Shown here piece by piece: positions 12,353 to 24,774 of a DNA stretch of 64,000 nucleotides (position 1 is the first letter of the stretch; each line of letters opens with the position of its first letter). The notes below the pieces were generated by a model. That model worked only from the letters and a program-made list of their open reading frames with translations, did not search any database and was not told where the DNA came from. Both the position numbers and the translations under genes were made by a program. Origin of the DNA: Scyliorhinus canicula (lineage: Eukaryota); NCBI RefSeq assembly GCF_902713615.1, contig NC_052170.1, positions 4,216,001 through 4,280,000 of the forward strand, given 5' to 3'.

Positions 12353-13973
12353 TCTTCCGTAGCAGATTCTCTTCCCTAAAATATATTACTGAATCAGATT
12401 ACTGAAAATAGTTTTATTAATTGAATTTTAATTCCACTAGTTACTTTGGTCGGATTTGAACTCCTGTCACCCTGGATTACTAGTCGGATGATATTTCCAC
12501 TGTGTCACCATCTCCCCTGTGTCAGGTCAGAGAGGAAGGTTTCAAAGAGCTTCTTAAAGGAGACACGCACTATCAGAATGTTCATAAGTCAAGACAGAAT
12601 TAGACAATTTTGTGTCAAGGCAGCTGAAGACAGCCAATGGTGAATGATTAAAATCCTAGATGGAAATAATCCTGGAACTTTAAAATAAGCGGAGAAAATA
12701 GGGATAATAAATGGAGCTTTTGGGATTGATATCACAGAATTGCTGAAATGTGGATTTTAAGGTCGAGCAGTGTGAGTAAAAATCCCTGTTGTCGTTTAAT
12801 AATGATAATCTTTATTAGTGTCACAAGTGGTGTCACATTGACACTGCAATGAAATTACTGTGAAAAAACCCCGAGTTGCCACATTCAGACTTCTGTTCGG
12901 GTACACAGACGGAGAATTCAGAATGTCCAAATTACCTAACAAGCACGTCTTTCGGGACTTGTGGGAGGAAACTAGAGCACCCGGAGGAAACCCACGCAGA
13001 CACAGGGAGAACGTGCAGACTCCGCGCAATCACCCAAGCGGGAATCGAACTTGGGACCCTGGCTCTGTGAAGCAACGGTGCTAACCGCTGTGCTACCGTG
13101 TGTTTAGGAAACAAGCTACAGATCAGAGGAGGCCATTTGGCCAGAACTGTCTGTTGGGTTGAACTACCCAATTAATAATAATCTTTATTCGTGTCACAAG
13201 TAGGCTTACATTAACACAGCAATGAAGTTACTGTGAAAATCCCCCAGTCGCCACACTCCGGAGCCTGTTCGGGTACACAGAGGGAGAATTCAGAATGTCC
13301 AATTCACCTAACAAGCACGTCTTTCAGGACTTGTGGGAGGAAACCGGAGCACCCGGAGCAAACCCACGCAGACACGGGGAGAACGTGCAGGCTCCGCACA
13401 GACAGTGACCCAAGCTGGGAATTGAACCCGGGTCGGTCCTTATTGCTCTACATATGCTTCTTTTGAAATACATATTCAATTCTTATTGGATGAAAGAAAA
13501 AGACTTGCATTTCCATAGCGCCTTTCGCAACCTCGGGACGCCCCCGAAGCGATTTACGGACGACGGGGTACTTTCCAAAGTGTATTCACTGTTGTAATGT
13601 AGGGAACACAGTAGCTGATTTGCGCACAGGCAGATCCCACACACAGCAAGGTGACAATGACCCAGGTCACCTGGTTTAGTGATGTTGGTTGAGGGATTAA
13701 ATATTGGTCTGGACTCAGAGAGAGAGAGGGGGGTGGAGAACTTTTTAAAAACCAGGATGTGTGGATGAGGAAGTGAATCAGAAAAGTTCAGGTCCTCCAG
13801 CACCAGCAGCTGGTGCTGTTTATTTTGGCTCAGTGAGTTTTATCACTGGCTGATCTTTTGTGATTGATGCTGAAGCGTAATCGTTCATCATGTGACGAGG
13901 GAGTGTTGGCCCCGGATGATATTGAGGTTGCCTGACACTCAGAGCTGGGACTGGGTGTTGTGGAGAGAGAAAG

Positions 13974-14008
13974 ATGTCAGTGGAGGATCCATTTTTTGTG
14001 GTCAAAGG
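13974..14008 (+). CDS. STX10: Syntaxin-10 coding exon 1 (MSVEDPFFVVKG)
   Basis: Matches the STX6/STX10 N-terminus; donor GG|gtgagt; phase 2. Confidence 0.92.
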
Positions 14009-15578
14009 GTGAGTTACAATGAGTGCTGCAGCAGTGATGATTTTACTGTGTGGATGTGGTGGGCTGGACAGGGGGCTGCTGGCTTTGCCTTGTTCTGTGG
14101 GAGGCTGCACTCAACTATCTTTGCAGCTAAGTTTATATCATGAGCAGAAACTTCCCCCCCCCCCCCCCCCATTCCCCACTGGTCCCTGTGCACCAGGGGT
14201 TGAGCTGGCTGGGGTGGGGTGCTGGTGGAGCAAACTCCACAAAGCACAGGTCCGGGACAAGTCACAACTTGAGGGCAGCAGGAGTTTGGGAGAAGTTGGG
14301 CTTTGCTGCTGGGTGATGTCATTTCCAAAATAAGAAACTTGCATTTCTCTATTCGTTGCCTTCCACAACCTCTGGACGGCCCCAAACACTTGCCAGTCAC
14401 CAGAATAAACACAATTTACTGTGCAGTAACAGAGCCAGAAGCAGGCCATTGATTGAGTCTGCACCAGCTCTTCCATAGGACAATCCCCACTCCCTACAAT
14501 TAGTACATTTATTTATCGCGTTCCCTTTTCAAACACGTGGTGCATTCCAAGTTATTTTTAAAAAAAATATTTAGAGTGCCCAATTATCTTTTTTCCAAAT
14601 GAAGGGGCAATTTAGCGTGGCCAATCCACCCGCCCTGCACACCTTTTTGGGTTGTGGGGGTAAGACCCACACAGACACGGGGAGAATGTGCAAACTCCAC
14701 ACGGACAGTGATCCGGGGCCGGGATTGAACCCGGGTCCTCGGCGCTGTGCTGCACCATCCTGCTGCTCCTACATTCCACATTCTAAGTTCCTCTGGGCAA
14801 TTGGGGGTGGACAATAAATGCTGGCCTAGCCAGAGAAGCCCTTGAATTAATACAAAAATGTGAGGTGACACAGTGGTTAGCACTGCTGCCTCACTGCTTC
14901 AGGGTCCCAGGTTCAATTCCGGCCTCGGGTGACTGTGTGGAGTTTACACTTTCTCCCCGTGTCTGCGTGGGTTTGCTCCGGGTGCTCCGCTTTCCTCCCA
15001 CAGTCCAAAGGTGTGCAGTTTGGGGGGATTGGCCACGCTAAATTGCCCCTTAATGTCTAAAAGATTCGATGGGGTTACTGGATTACTAGGATAGGGTGGA
15101 GGTGTGTGTTTAAATAGGGTGCTCTTTCCAAGGGCCGGTGCAGTGCGATGGGCTGAATGGCCTCCTGCACTGTAAATTCTATGATAGTCTAAATAGTTTC
15201 CTCATAGCACCTCTGATCATTCATTGGAATCAATCTCTCTTTGTGTACCCTTCCCTGATTTTTTTAAACCGCTCGATCAAATCTCCTCTTTGTGTTGCAG
15301 TTGGAATGTAACTCCCTTTATCCATCCTTGGAATATGATGGATTAGATTCTATTTTAAGAAGGGTTTCTCTTTGGCTGGGGTAAAATTCCATAGAACCCC
15401 CCCCCCCCCCCCCCCCGCATACCAGCCTAGTGGGTGTCGTTGGTGGACTGTCTGTGGGGCAGAGGGGTGGCGGATTGGAGGGGGGGGGGGGGTGGTTGAG
15501 TGTTAACTCTTTTCTCACTGTGATGAGTGGCCCATCTCCCTCATTAACATGTCCTGAGATGTCTTCCTCTGGTCGCAG

Positions 15579-15748
15579 GGAGGTGCAGAAGGCAGTAAAC
15601 ACAGCCCGGGGACTGTACCAGCGATGGTGCGAGTTACTGCAGGACACGCAGACTGTCAGCAAGGAGGAGTACGACTGGACAACGAATGAACTTCGCAACA
15701 GCCTGAGAAGCATCGAGTGGGACCTGGAGGATTTAGATGAGACGATCG
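15579..15748 (+). CDS. STX10: Syntaxin-10 coding exon 2 ([21 protein letters not shown]...LEDLDETI)
   Basis: cag acceptor; 170 nt; ends at a U12 donor ATATCCTT; [14 protein letters not shown] is STX10-like. Confidence 0.95.
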
Positions 15749-16729
15749 ATATCCTTCAGCAGTAGCTTCGCTCCCTTTCCTGGCACTCTCTCCCTCTCTC
15801 AGGGTTCTATGTTTATGTTTTGATGGCCCCCCCACCCCCTCCCCCCACCAACTGGAGTGCGGTTTCCCCCAGGCCCCAGCTGCCTCGGCCAGGCCTGTGT
15901 GAACCTCAACCGGCTGATCACCAAGTGTAGGCATCGCGGCTGAGCCTCGTGTTTGCTCCCTGATGCAACTTCCCTGATATTTTGTAAATAAGCCCCACAT
16001 CCTCCAGTACCTCCTTTCTCCTAAATAAATCAGTTTTACAATTATTGATGGAATCCCTTTCCACCATTTATTTCTGTGTTCCAAATAGATCATGACAGCT
16101 TTCTTGGGGGACATGGTAGCATGGAGGTTAGCGCAGTTGCTTCGCAGCTCCAGGGTCACGGGTTCGATTCCCGGCTTGGGTCACTGTCTGTGCGGAGTCT
16201 GCACGTTCTCCCCGTGTCTGTGTGGGTTTCCTCCGGGTGCTCCGGTTTCCTCTCACAGTCCAAAGACATGCGAGTTAGGTGGATTGGCCAGGATAAATTG
16301 CCCTTAATATTCAAAAAGGTTAGGTGGGGTTACTGGGTTACAGGGATAGGGTGTGGGCTTGGCTAGGGTGCTCTTTCCAAGGGCCGGTGCAGATTTGATG
16401 GGCCGAATAGACTCCTTCTCCACTGTAAATTCTATAATGGAAATGAAATTCTCTTCTCTCGCCATTGATTTTAAAACTTGTGATAACAAACTCTGCAGCA
16501 TCATACTTTGGGACCTCGGTAACTGCTGTGGAGTTACACTGAAATATTAAAAACTTTGGGATTCTCAAATTTTGTTTAACTGCAAATGTCACTGGATTTT
16601 AATTTTCCTTTAAATAACGTAGTGTTCTCAAAATCCACACCGTGTCTATAATGCAGCCTCCTGGCTGTTCCTGTCTGTCTGTCTGTCTCTCGCTCTCTCT
16701 CTGTCTCTTTGCCCTTAACTATTGCAAAC
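15749..16729 (+). other. U12-type (minor spliceosome) AT-AC intron of STX10
   Basis: 5' ATATCCTTC, branch site CCTTAAC at 16713-16719, 3' AC at 16728-16729; splicing restores the in-frame TI-G-IVESNP junction. Confidence 0.93.
16108..16436 (+). mobile_element. HE1/V-SINE (further copies at ~6776-7082+, 7300-7560+, 14863-15185+, 23533-23867-, 33705-34025-, 38180-38450+, 38960-39280-, 40200-40506-, 43022-43515+, 55060-55360-)
   Basis: tRNA head, V-domain, tail GCAGACTCGATGGGCCGAATGGCCTCCTTCTGCACTGTAAATTCTATG (consensus of the copies). Confidence 0.85.
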
Positions 16730-16824
16730 GCATCGTGGAATCGAACCCTCGGAAGTTCAAGATCGAGCCAAATGAACTGCAAGGGAGGAAAGCCTTTGTT
16801 GTCAAAACGAGACACACTGTGAAG
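16730..16824 (+). CDS. STX10: Syntaxin-10 coding exon 3 (GIVESNPRKFKIEPNELQGRKAFVVKTRHTVK)
   Basis: 95 nt, in frame, donor AAG|gtagcc. Confidence 0.92.
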
Positions 16825-17289
16825 GTAGCCATGTGGATGGGGTTGAACGTACCCGGCAATACTCCCCACTACCAGTTTCCCCTAATCCTGCAAATTTTAA
16901 TTATTTGTCCATTTTGTCTTCGGAGAATTCGTATCGAATCTGCTCCGTATGCCTTTTCGGAGTAGATTCAAATTTACAGTTTACAGATTTGCTCCTGAGG
17001 GAGTTGTTTGATTTGAGGGGCTGTATTTAGGGGTGCTGTTTGTGTGCTATTGCTCTTCCTATCCCTCATCTCCGGGTGGGTTTTGCTTCCTTATGTCCCT
17101 CACCCTTTTCCGACGTGAGACCTAGACAGTGGGTATTGCCGGGCTATTCGGCCACAGGAGACTGAACATTCCAGTCGAGTCCCAATCCCCAATTAAAGCT
17201 GTGATAGCAGGATAATGGACAGGTGCAGGAACCTTGGCCACTTCCCTGTCTCAACCTGCAATGGAAGAACCTTTGGGAATGAACCCTCT

Positions 17290-17902
17290 GTGTGGGAGTC
17301 TCCATTGCCCGACGGCGATATCGGCGATCAGGCGGAGAATCGACTCTGACGCCCAGATCAGGGCCGGTGCTGGTTTGATGGCGGTCAGCCATGCTCCGCC
17401 CCATCGGAAATAGCGTAATCGCGCCGCACGCCATTGCAACGTCATCAGCAGACCCTCCCCCAATGGCCCCGAGTTCCCGACGGAGCGGGACCCGGGCGGT
17501 CTGAACGGTCGGGAATCCGGAGTGGTGGCTGCTGACGGTGTCCAGCGGCGCCACACTCGTCCGGGATCTGTGCCGTTTGTCGGGGGTGGGGGTATATGTG
17601 AGGCCTGGGGGGGGATTGGTGGGGGGTTGGGTTGCGGATGGCGGATCAGGTCTGCGCACGGCCAGAGCCATGTTGTACGGCAGCGACTGCCGCAGGTCGG
17701 CAGCCGTGTGTATGTGCGGTCAGGGACCCGGCCATTCGCCGGCTGTTTTTTGGCACGGGGCCGGGACTTTCACCCAGCGCCGCTGCCAGCCCCTCGCCGG
17801 TCCCAGAATCAGTGAGGGTTTCACACACACTGTTTGGTGGTAAAAGGCCTCGCGCGTTCCACTGGTGCCAGTACTTGGTCTCAGAAACAGAGAATCCAGC
17901 CC
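17290..17902. mobile_element. GC-rich MITE related to 35195-35792, opposite orientation
   Basis: Right end GAGAATCCAGCCC, degenerate left TIR, shared internal CGGGAACTCGG(G)CCCAT segment. Confidence 0.65.
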
Positions 17903-18027
17903 CTGTTTCTGTTCGGCCTTCCGTACTAATTAACTTCAAACGGTAAAGTTAACGAGAGAGAGAGAATCTCCTCTGTATTGCGAGGAAGACTCTGTGTTTC
18001 TAACTAACTTTTACTTTAATTCACCAG

Positions 18028-18090
18028 GAAATGAAAGATCACATTTCAAGCCCATCAGCTGTTGCATTCGGAGAGAGGAAAACTCGGCAG
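18028..18090 (+). CDS. STX10: Syntaxin-10 coding exon 4 (EMKDHISSPSAVAFGERKTRQ)
   Basis: cag acceptor, CAG|gtgagc donor, 63 nt, similar to STX10 EMKDHMVSP. Confidence 0.92.
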
Positions 18091-18929
18091 GTGAGCAGCT
18101 TCCGGCTTTGAATTGGGCGAGTTTGCGTCCGCACTCGGCAGCAGATGCCCCCCCCCCCCCCTCCGCTCCCACTCTTCCCAAGTGTGAGCTGACAAGCAGT
18201 GAGCATCACAGCGAGACTGCTGCCATCATCGTCAAACAGCTGGGGGGTCACCGGAATGAGGAATAAGCCTGATTTTCCCTGAATTTTAACTTGACGGACT
18301 GGCAAGTCTCTGGTTTGGTATGGAGTCAGGAAGCAGAAATATTCCACTTACTAATCACTCCGGTTAACTGCAGTTCGACCATGTTTTTGAATGAAGTGTT
18401 GAACTAGCAAATAATGTGAAACTGTGTAAATGAAAGGGCAGATAGGGGATTTATTGCTCAACATATATTGAATTAGGGCACTCCCATTTTGTAAGGTAGA
18501 GAGATGAGAGAAACTGGGATTGTCTTCCATAGTTAGATTTAATCAGTGTGTTTGAAATCATGAAGGTTTTGGTCGAGTAAACTAGGGGGAACTGTGTCCA
18601 CTGGAGAGAGAGTCAGAAACCAGAGGGACACAGATTGAACACAGGAACGGAAAGGTGAACACTTTGCAGAGCTGTGGGGAAGAGGAGGGGAGTGGGTCTG
18701 ACTGGACAGCTCTTCCAAAGGGTCTGCACAGACGCGATGGGCAGAATGGCCTACTCTGTGCTTATGAGGCCGACCAGATCGTTTGAATGAAGTGGTTTTG
18801 AATTAAGTTTAGTTTGTGAGTGGGTTTTAAATTATGTGGACCCCCCCCCCCCCCCTCGGGCAATGAGCCACACTCTGGCATTTTCAGCTGTTGAACATCA
18901 CTGTGCATGTGACCAACTAATGGGAATGG

Positions 18930-20300
18930 GTGGGGGGACGGAGAGGATTGTAACGGGGGAGGGAGGGAGGGAGGGAAGATGGATTGTAACGGGGAGGGAG
19001 GGAGGATGGATTGTAACGAGGGAGGGAGGGAAGATGGATTGTAACGGGGGAGGGAGGGAGGGAGAATGGATTGTAATGGGGGAGGGAGGGAGGATGGATT
19101 GTAACGGGGAGGGAGGGAAGATGGATTGTAACGGGGGAGGGAGGGAGGATGGATTGTAATGGGGAGGGAGGATGGATTGTAACTGGGAGGGAGGGAGGAT
19201 GGATTGTAACGGGGGAGGGAGGGAGGATGTATTGTAATGGGGAGGGAAGATGGATTGTAACGGGGAGGGAGGTAGGATGGATTGTAACGGGGAGGGAGGG
19301 AGGATGGATTGTAACGGGGGAGGGAGGTAGGATGGATTGTAACGGGGAGGGAGGTAGGGTGGATTGTAACGGGGAGGGAGGTAGGGTGGATTGTAACGGG
19401 GAGGGAGGTAGGGTGGATTGTAACGGGGAGGGAGGTAGGGTGGATTGTAACGGGGAGGGAGGTAGGGTGGATTGTAACGGGGAGGGAGGTAGGGTGGATT
19501 GTAACGGGGAGGGAGGTAGGGTGGATTGTAACGGGGAGGGAGGTAGGGTGGATTGTAACGGGGAGGGAGGGAGGATGGATTGTAACGGGGAGGGAGGGAG
19601 GGTGGATTGTAACGGGGAGGGAGGTAGGGTGGATTGTAACGGGGAGGGAGGTAGGGTGGATTGTAACGGGGAGGGAGGTAGGGTGGATTGTAACGGGGAG
19701 GGAGGTAGGGTGGATTGTAACGGGGAGGGAGGTAGGGTGGATTGTAACGGGGAGGGAGGTAGGGTGGATTGTAACGGGGAGGGAGGTAGGGTGGATTGTA
19801 ACGGGGAGGGAGGGGGGATGGATTGTAACGGGGAGGGAGGGGGGATGGATTGTAACGGGGAGGGAGGGGGGATGGATTGTAACGGGGAGGGAGGGGGGAT
19901 GGATTGTAACGGGGAGGGAGGGGGATGGATTGGAACGGGGAGGGAGGGGGGATGGATTGGAACGGGGGAGGGGGGGGAGGATGGATTGTTTGTAACGGGG
20001 AGGGGGGGAGGATGGATTGTAACGGGGGAGGGGGGAGGATGGATTGTAACGGGGAGGGGGGAGGATGGATTGTAACGGGGGAGGGGAGGATGGATTGTAA
20101 CGGGGGAGGGGGGGGGAGGATGGATTGTAACGGGGAGGGGGGAGGATGGATTGTAACGGGGAGGGGGGGAGGATGGATTTCAACGGGGGAGGAGGGTGGA
20201 CTGCAACTGGGTGGGGGGGAGGGAGGGTGGATTGCAACGGGGATGGGGGGCTAGGGGGAGGGTGGATTGCAATGAGGCTGGGGGGGGGGGGTGTGGATTG
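18930..20300 (+). repeat. G-rich ~27-bp minisatellite (GGATTGTAACGGGGAGGGAGGTAGGGT) in STX10 intron 4
   Basis: About 50 tandem units, homogeneous core at ~19335-19800, degenerate edges. Confidence 0.95.
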
Positions 20301-20338
20301 CCAGGGGAGCAAGCAGTGATATATTCTTCCTGTTATAG

Positions 20339-20458
20339 AATCTGCTTGCAGGTACTGAACAGCAGCAGCATCAGCCCATGGACAGATACAGGCGCCTAGA
20401 CCAGGAACTGGAGAACGAAAACTCCCAGTACATCGAGGAGCAGCGAGCTCAGCAAAGA
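20339..20458 (+). CDS. STX10: Syntaxin-10 coding exon 5 (NLLAGTEQQQHQPMDRYRRLDQELENENSQYIEEQRAQQR)
   Basis: tag acceptor, gtaagt donor, 120 nt, phase 0. Confidence 0.88.
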
Positions 20459-21611
20459 GTAAGTCCTCAAACGGGTGACGCTCACTCAGGAAGCTGAATG
20501 TGAAGGGCCGAGGCCATGGTGCTGGGTAACATCAACATCTGGACAGCGGTTCCTTTAAAAACCGGCGTGTTCGAGAGACGAGGGAGATGAGGATTTACAA
20601 TGTTTATAATCAAAGGTGGAAGTTGCTCACAACTTAAGACCATAAGACGTAGGAGCATTTGGCCCATCGAATCTGCTCCGCCATTCAATGAGATTGTGAC
20701 TGATCTGCTACGTTAATCCTCAACACGTTCCCGCCTTATCCCAATAACCCTCAATTCTCTTGCAGTTCCTACTGGAAAATATCCCAACACGATTTACAGG
20801 AAAACCCTCAGGCAGAATCTGACACTGATTCAGACAAATGAAGATATTAGGACTAAAAGTTGGAAGCTTAGTCTTTCCCTCCATCAATTCTGCGCTGTTA
20901 GTTCACTCTATAAACCTGGTGTAGAGTGTGGTTTAAATATACTCAATCCAGGATCGGGACTGTGACTGGCTGTTCAGCTAACCTTGTGTTTTATGAGCTG
21001 AATTTAAGGGGCAGGTTTAATTTGTACAAGTGCCCACTCTGGGGATCAATTGTGAAGCAGGATTTATGCTGGTGGCGGCGGTGAGAAACTCGATCCCCCT
21101 CAAACCACAACAGCCTGACTCGCTTGATCAGCTCCCCATCCGGCAGTGACAGCCGCGTGTACCGTCCACAAGATGCACTGCAGCAACTCACCAAGGCTCC
21201 TTAGGCAGCACCTTCCAAACCCGTGACTCCGATCACCTGACAGGACAAGGGCAGCAGGAACCCCACCACCTGGAGGTCCCCCTCCGAGCTGCGCAACACC
21301 CTGGCTTGGAAATATATCGGCCGATCCTTCACTGTCGCTGGGTCAATATCCTGGAGCTCCATCCCTAACAGCACTGTGGGTGTACCTACTCCAGTGGTTC
21401 AAGAAGGCAGCTCCTCGAGGGCAATTAGGGATGGGCAATAAATACTGGACGAGCCCAGGGATGAACAAAGCTGAATTTTTAAAAATATAGATATTTTAAA
21501 CGGTAGCCAAAGAGAAACAGACCTTGTTGTGAAACAGGCCGAGACGTGATCTTTATTGTTGTGGAAGTCAATGTGAACAATGATGTAACTTTTCCCTTCG
21601 GTCCTGTCCAG

Positions 21612-21718
21612 CTGATAGTGGAACAGCAGGATGACCAGCTGGAACTGGTATTGGGCAGTAGCACAATGCTAAAGAACATGTCGGAGCAGATAGGAGATGA
21701 GTTGGAAGAGCAGGCAGT
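21612..21718 (+). CDS. STX10: Syntaxin-10 coding exon 6 (Qc-SNARE motif, [13 protein letters not shown]...ELEEQAV)
   Basis: cag acceptor, gtgagt donor, 107 nt. Confidence 0.93.
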
Positions 21719-21840
21719 GTGAGTATGGATTACAGTCCGACCAACTGAGTCAAACACAAACTCGCAAAAGTTATTTTCATTCCAAACCCAACATGAAGGG
21801 TTTGGGTCTTTAGAATTGGCTCTGGTTCAATGTGTAGCTT

Positions 21841-23360
21841 CTGAGGGAGGTCAGCGCTGTCGGAGGGTCGGTGCTGAGGGAGCGCGGCGCTGTCGGAGGG
21901 TCGGTGCTGAGGGAGCGCGGCGCTGTCGGAGGGTCGGTGCTGAGGGAGCGCGGCGCTGTCGGAGGGTCGGTGCTGAGGGAGCGCGGTGCTGTCGGTCCCA
22001 GGGGAGCGCGGTGCTGTCGGAGGGTCGGTCCTGAGGGAGAGCGGTGCTGTCGGAGGGTCGGTCCTGAGGGAGCGCGGTGCTGTCGGTCCCAGGGGAGCGC
22101 GGTGCTGTCGGAGGGTCGGTCCTGAGGGAGCGCGGTGCTGTCGGAGGGTCGGTCCTGAGGGAGCGCGGTGCTGTCGGAGGGTCGGTCCTGAGGGAGCGCG
22201 GTGCCGTCGGAGGGTCGGTCCTGAGGGAGCGCGGTGCTGTCGGAGGGTCGGTCCTGAGGGAGCGCGGTGCTGTCGGAGGGTCGGTGCTGAGGGAGCGCGG
22301 CGCTGTCGGAGGGTCGGTCCTGAGGGAGCGCGGCGCTGTCGGAGGGTCGGTCCTGAGGGAGCGCGGCGCTGTCGGAGGGTCGGTCCTGAGGGGGCGCGGT
22401 GCTGTCAGAGGGTCAGGGGGTAGTCCCGGGGGAGTGTGACGCTGTCGGAGGGTCAGTCCCGGGGGAGTGTGACGCTGTCGGAGGGTCAGTCCTGAGGGAG
22501 GGTGACGCTGTCGGAGGGTCAGTCCCGGGGGAGGGTGACGCTGTCGGAGGGTCAGTCCTGAGGGAGGGTGACGCTGTCGGAGGGTCAGTCCCGGGGGAGT
22601 GTGACGCTGTCGGAGGGTCAGTCCTGAGGGAGGGTGACGCTGTCGGAGGGTCAGTCCCGGGGGAGTGTGACGCTGTCGGAGGGTCAGTCCTGAGGGAGGG
22701 TGACGCTGTCGGAGGGTCAGTCCCGGGGGAGGGTGACGCTGTCGGAGGGTCAGTCCTGAGGGAGCGCGGTGCTGTCGGAGGGTCGGTCCTGAGGGAGCGC
22801 GGCGCTGTCGGAGGGTCGGTCCTGAGGGGGCGCGGCGCTGTCAGAGGGTCAGGGGGTAGTCCCGGGGGAGTGTGACGCTGTCGGAGGGTCAGTCCTGAGG
22901 GAGGGTGACGCTGTCGGAGGGTCAGTCCCGGGGGAGGGTGACGCTGTCGGAGGGTCAGTCCTGAGGGAGCGCGGTGCTGTCGGAGGGTCAGGGGGTAGTC
23001 CCGGGGGAGTGTGACGCTGTCGGAGGGTCAGTCCTGAGGGAGGGTGACGCTGTCGGAGGGTCAGTCCCGGGGGAGGGTGACGCTGTCGGAGGGTCAGTCC
23101 TGAGGGAGGGTGACGCTGTCGGAGGGTCAGTCCCGGGGGAGGGTGACGCTGTCGGAGGGTCAGTCCTGAGAGAGCGCGGTGCTGTCGGAGGGTCGGTCCT
23201 GAGAGAGCGCGGCGCTGTCGGAGGGTCAGGGGGTAGTCCCGGGGGAGTGTGACGCTGTCGGAGGGTCAGTCCTAAGGGAGCGCGGCGCTGTCGGAGGGTC
23301 AGGGGTCAGTCCCGGGGGAGGGTGACGCTGTCAGAGGGTCGGTCCTGAGGGAGAGCGGTA
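21841..23360 (+). repeat. 33-bp minisatellite, CpG-rich variant of the Deu-SINE-derived unit
   Basis: GTCGGTCCTGAGGGAGCGCGGTGCTGTCGGAGG and variants, ~45 units in subtype blocks. Confidence 0.93.
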
Positions 23361-24679
23361 ACAATTTGGGATGTTGAGGCTGTGAAAGGTGTTGAAATGT
23401 GTGATTTCCATTTCTCTGGTATAAGATGTAACGGGGAGTAAGTAATTCACTATTTGGCTCAGACTGGGATAAACGTAAAGATATTCTGTGGCTGCCGGTT
23501 CAAGCTGATATGATGAAGGTTGTTGGGATGAATCATAGAATTTACAGTGCAGAAGGAGGCCATTTGGCCCATCGAGTCTGCACCGGCTCCTGGAAAGAGC
23601 ACCCTACCCAAGGTTAACACCTCCACCCTATCCCCATAACCCAGTAACTCCACCCAACACTAAGGGCAATTTTGGACACTAAGGGCAATTTATCACGGCC
23701 AATCCACCTTTGGACTGGGAGGAAACCGGAGCACCCGGAGGAAACCCACGCAGACACGGGGAGGATGTGCAGACTCCGCACAGACAGTGACCCCCAGGCT
23801 GGGAATTGAACCTGGGACCCTGGAGCTGTGAAGCGATTGTGCTATCCACAATGCTACCGTGCTGCCCCGATGTGGGATGTGATGGCAGAAGCAGAGGATC
23901 TCTTCTGATCTGTGGGAAAGATTGGGCAGCGGGAGGAGTAACACGAAACATCAGACCCAACCCTGGCTAGTTGCTGTAAACCTGCAGTTTCGAAGAAAGT
24001 ATGTAGATAGTTAATTTTTAAAATTAATTTATGGGATGTGGAGGTCGCTGGCTGGGCCAGCATTTATTGCCCATCCCTAATTGCCCTCGAGAAGAGCAAC
24101 GTGACCTTTCTGTGCGGCCTGAACAACCACATGCAGTGGCAGCAGCACTGCGCGTGTGAGGGGTTTGAGCTGGAGTGGGACTCGCACCATGAGCTCAAAA
24201 ATATTTACATTGTCGTCAACTTGCTAATGAAGCAGCTGCTCTTCATTGAAGTGTTTATTGTCATGTGACTGCCTCCATTGATCTGCTATCCTGAGGTCAA
24301 TGTGTGAACATTAACTCCGCGCATTATTAGAAAAGACCTTTCTGTTTATCCAGCCTGTACCACACACTATGATGCAGCACAATAAATACATACCCCCATC
24401 TCACCCCAAACCATGGATTCTCCCGGGAGAGCTGCAAATACAGATTAAAATAAATACTGGATACTTTTTCCACCTCCTGAGGTGATCAAATCTGGACCGC
24501 ACTGATCCCGATTCACCTCGCGCAATGACTCAAACCCATCAAGGATTAGGTCCGGCTCACGCTCAAAGGAACTCACTGAATCAACGTCAGAGAATCAACG
24601 CCTGTTCCCCAGGGTTCACTGTTCTCCGGGGATGGAGATACCTGCCCCTTTCTGACCCAATCTGATTTCCCTTTTCCAG

Positions 24680-24774
24680 GATGTTGGATGAATTTTCCCA
24701 TGAAATGGACAACACTCATTCCCGCCTGGACAGCACGATGAAAAAGTTGGCCAAAGTTTCTCACATGACCAGCG
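24680..24774 (+). CDS. STX10: Syntaxin-10 coding exon 7 ([31 protein letters not shown])
   Basis: cag acceptor, gtaagt donor, 95 nt. Confidence 0.94.

Noticed and set aside
18762-20312. 516-aa Pro-rich and 308-aa Gly-rich ORFs
   Set aside because: Translations of the intronic 27-bp minisatellite, with no independent coding evidence
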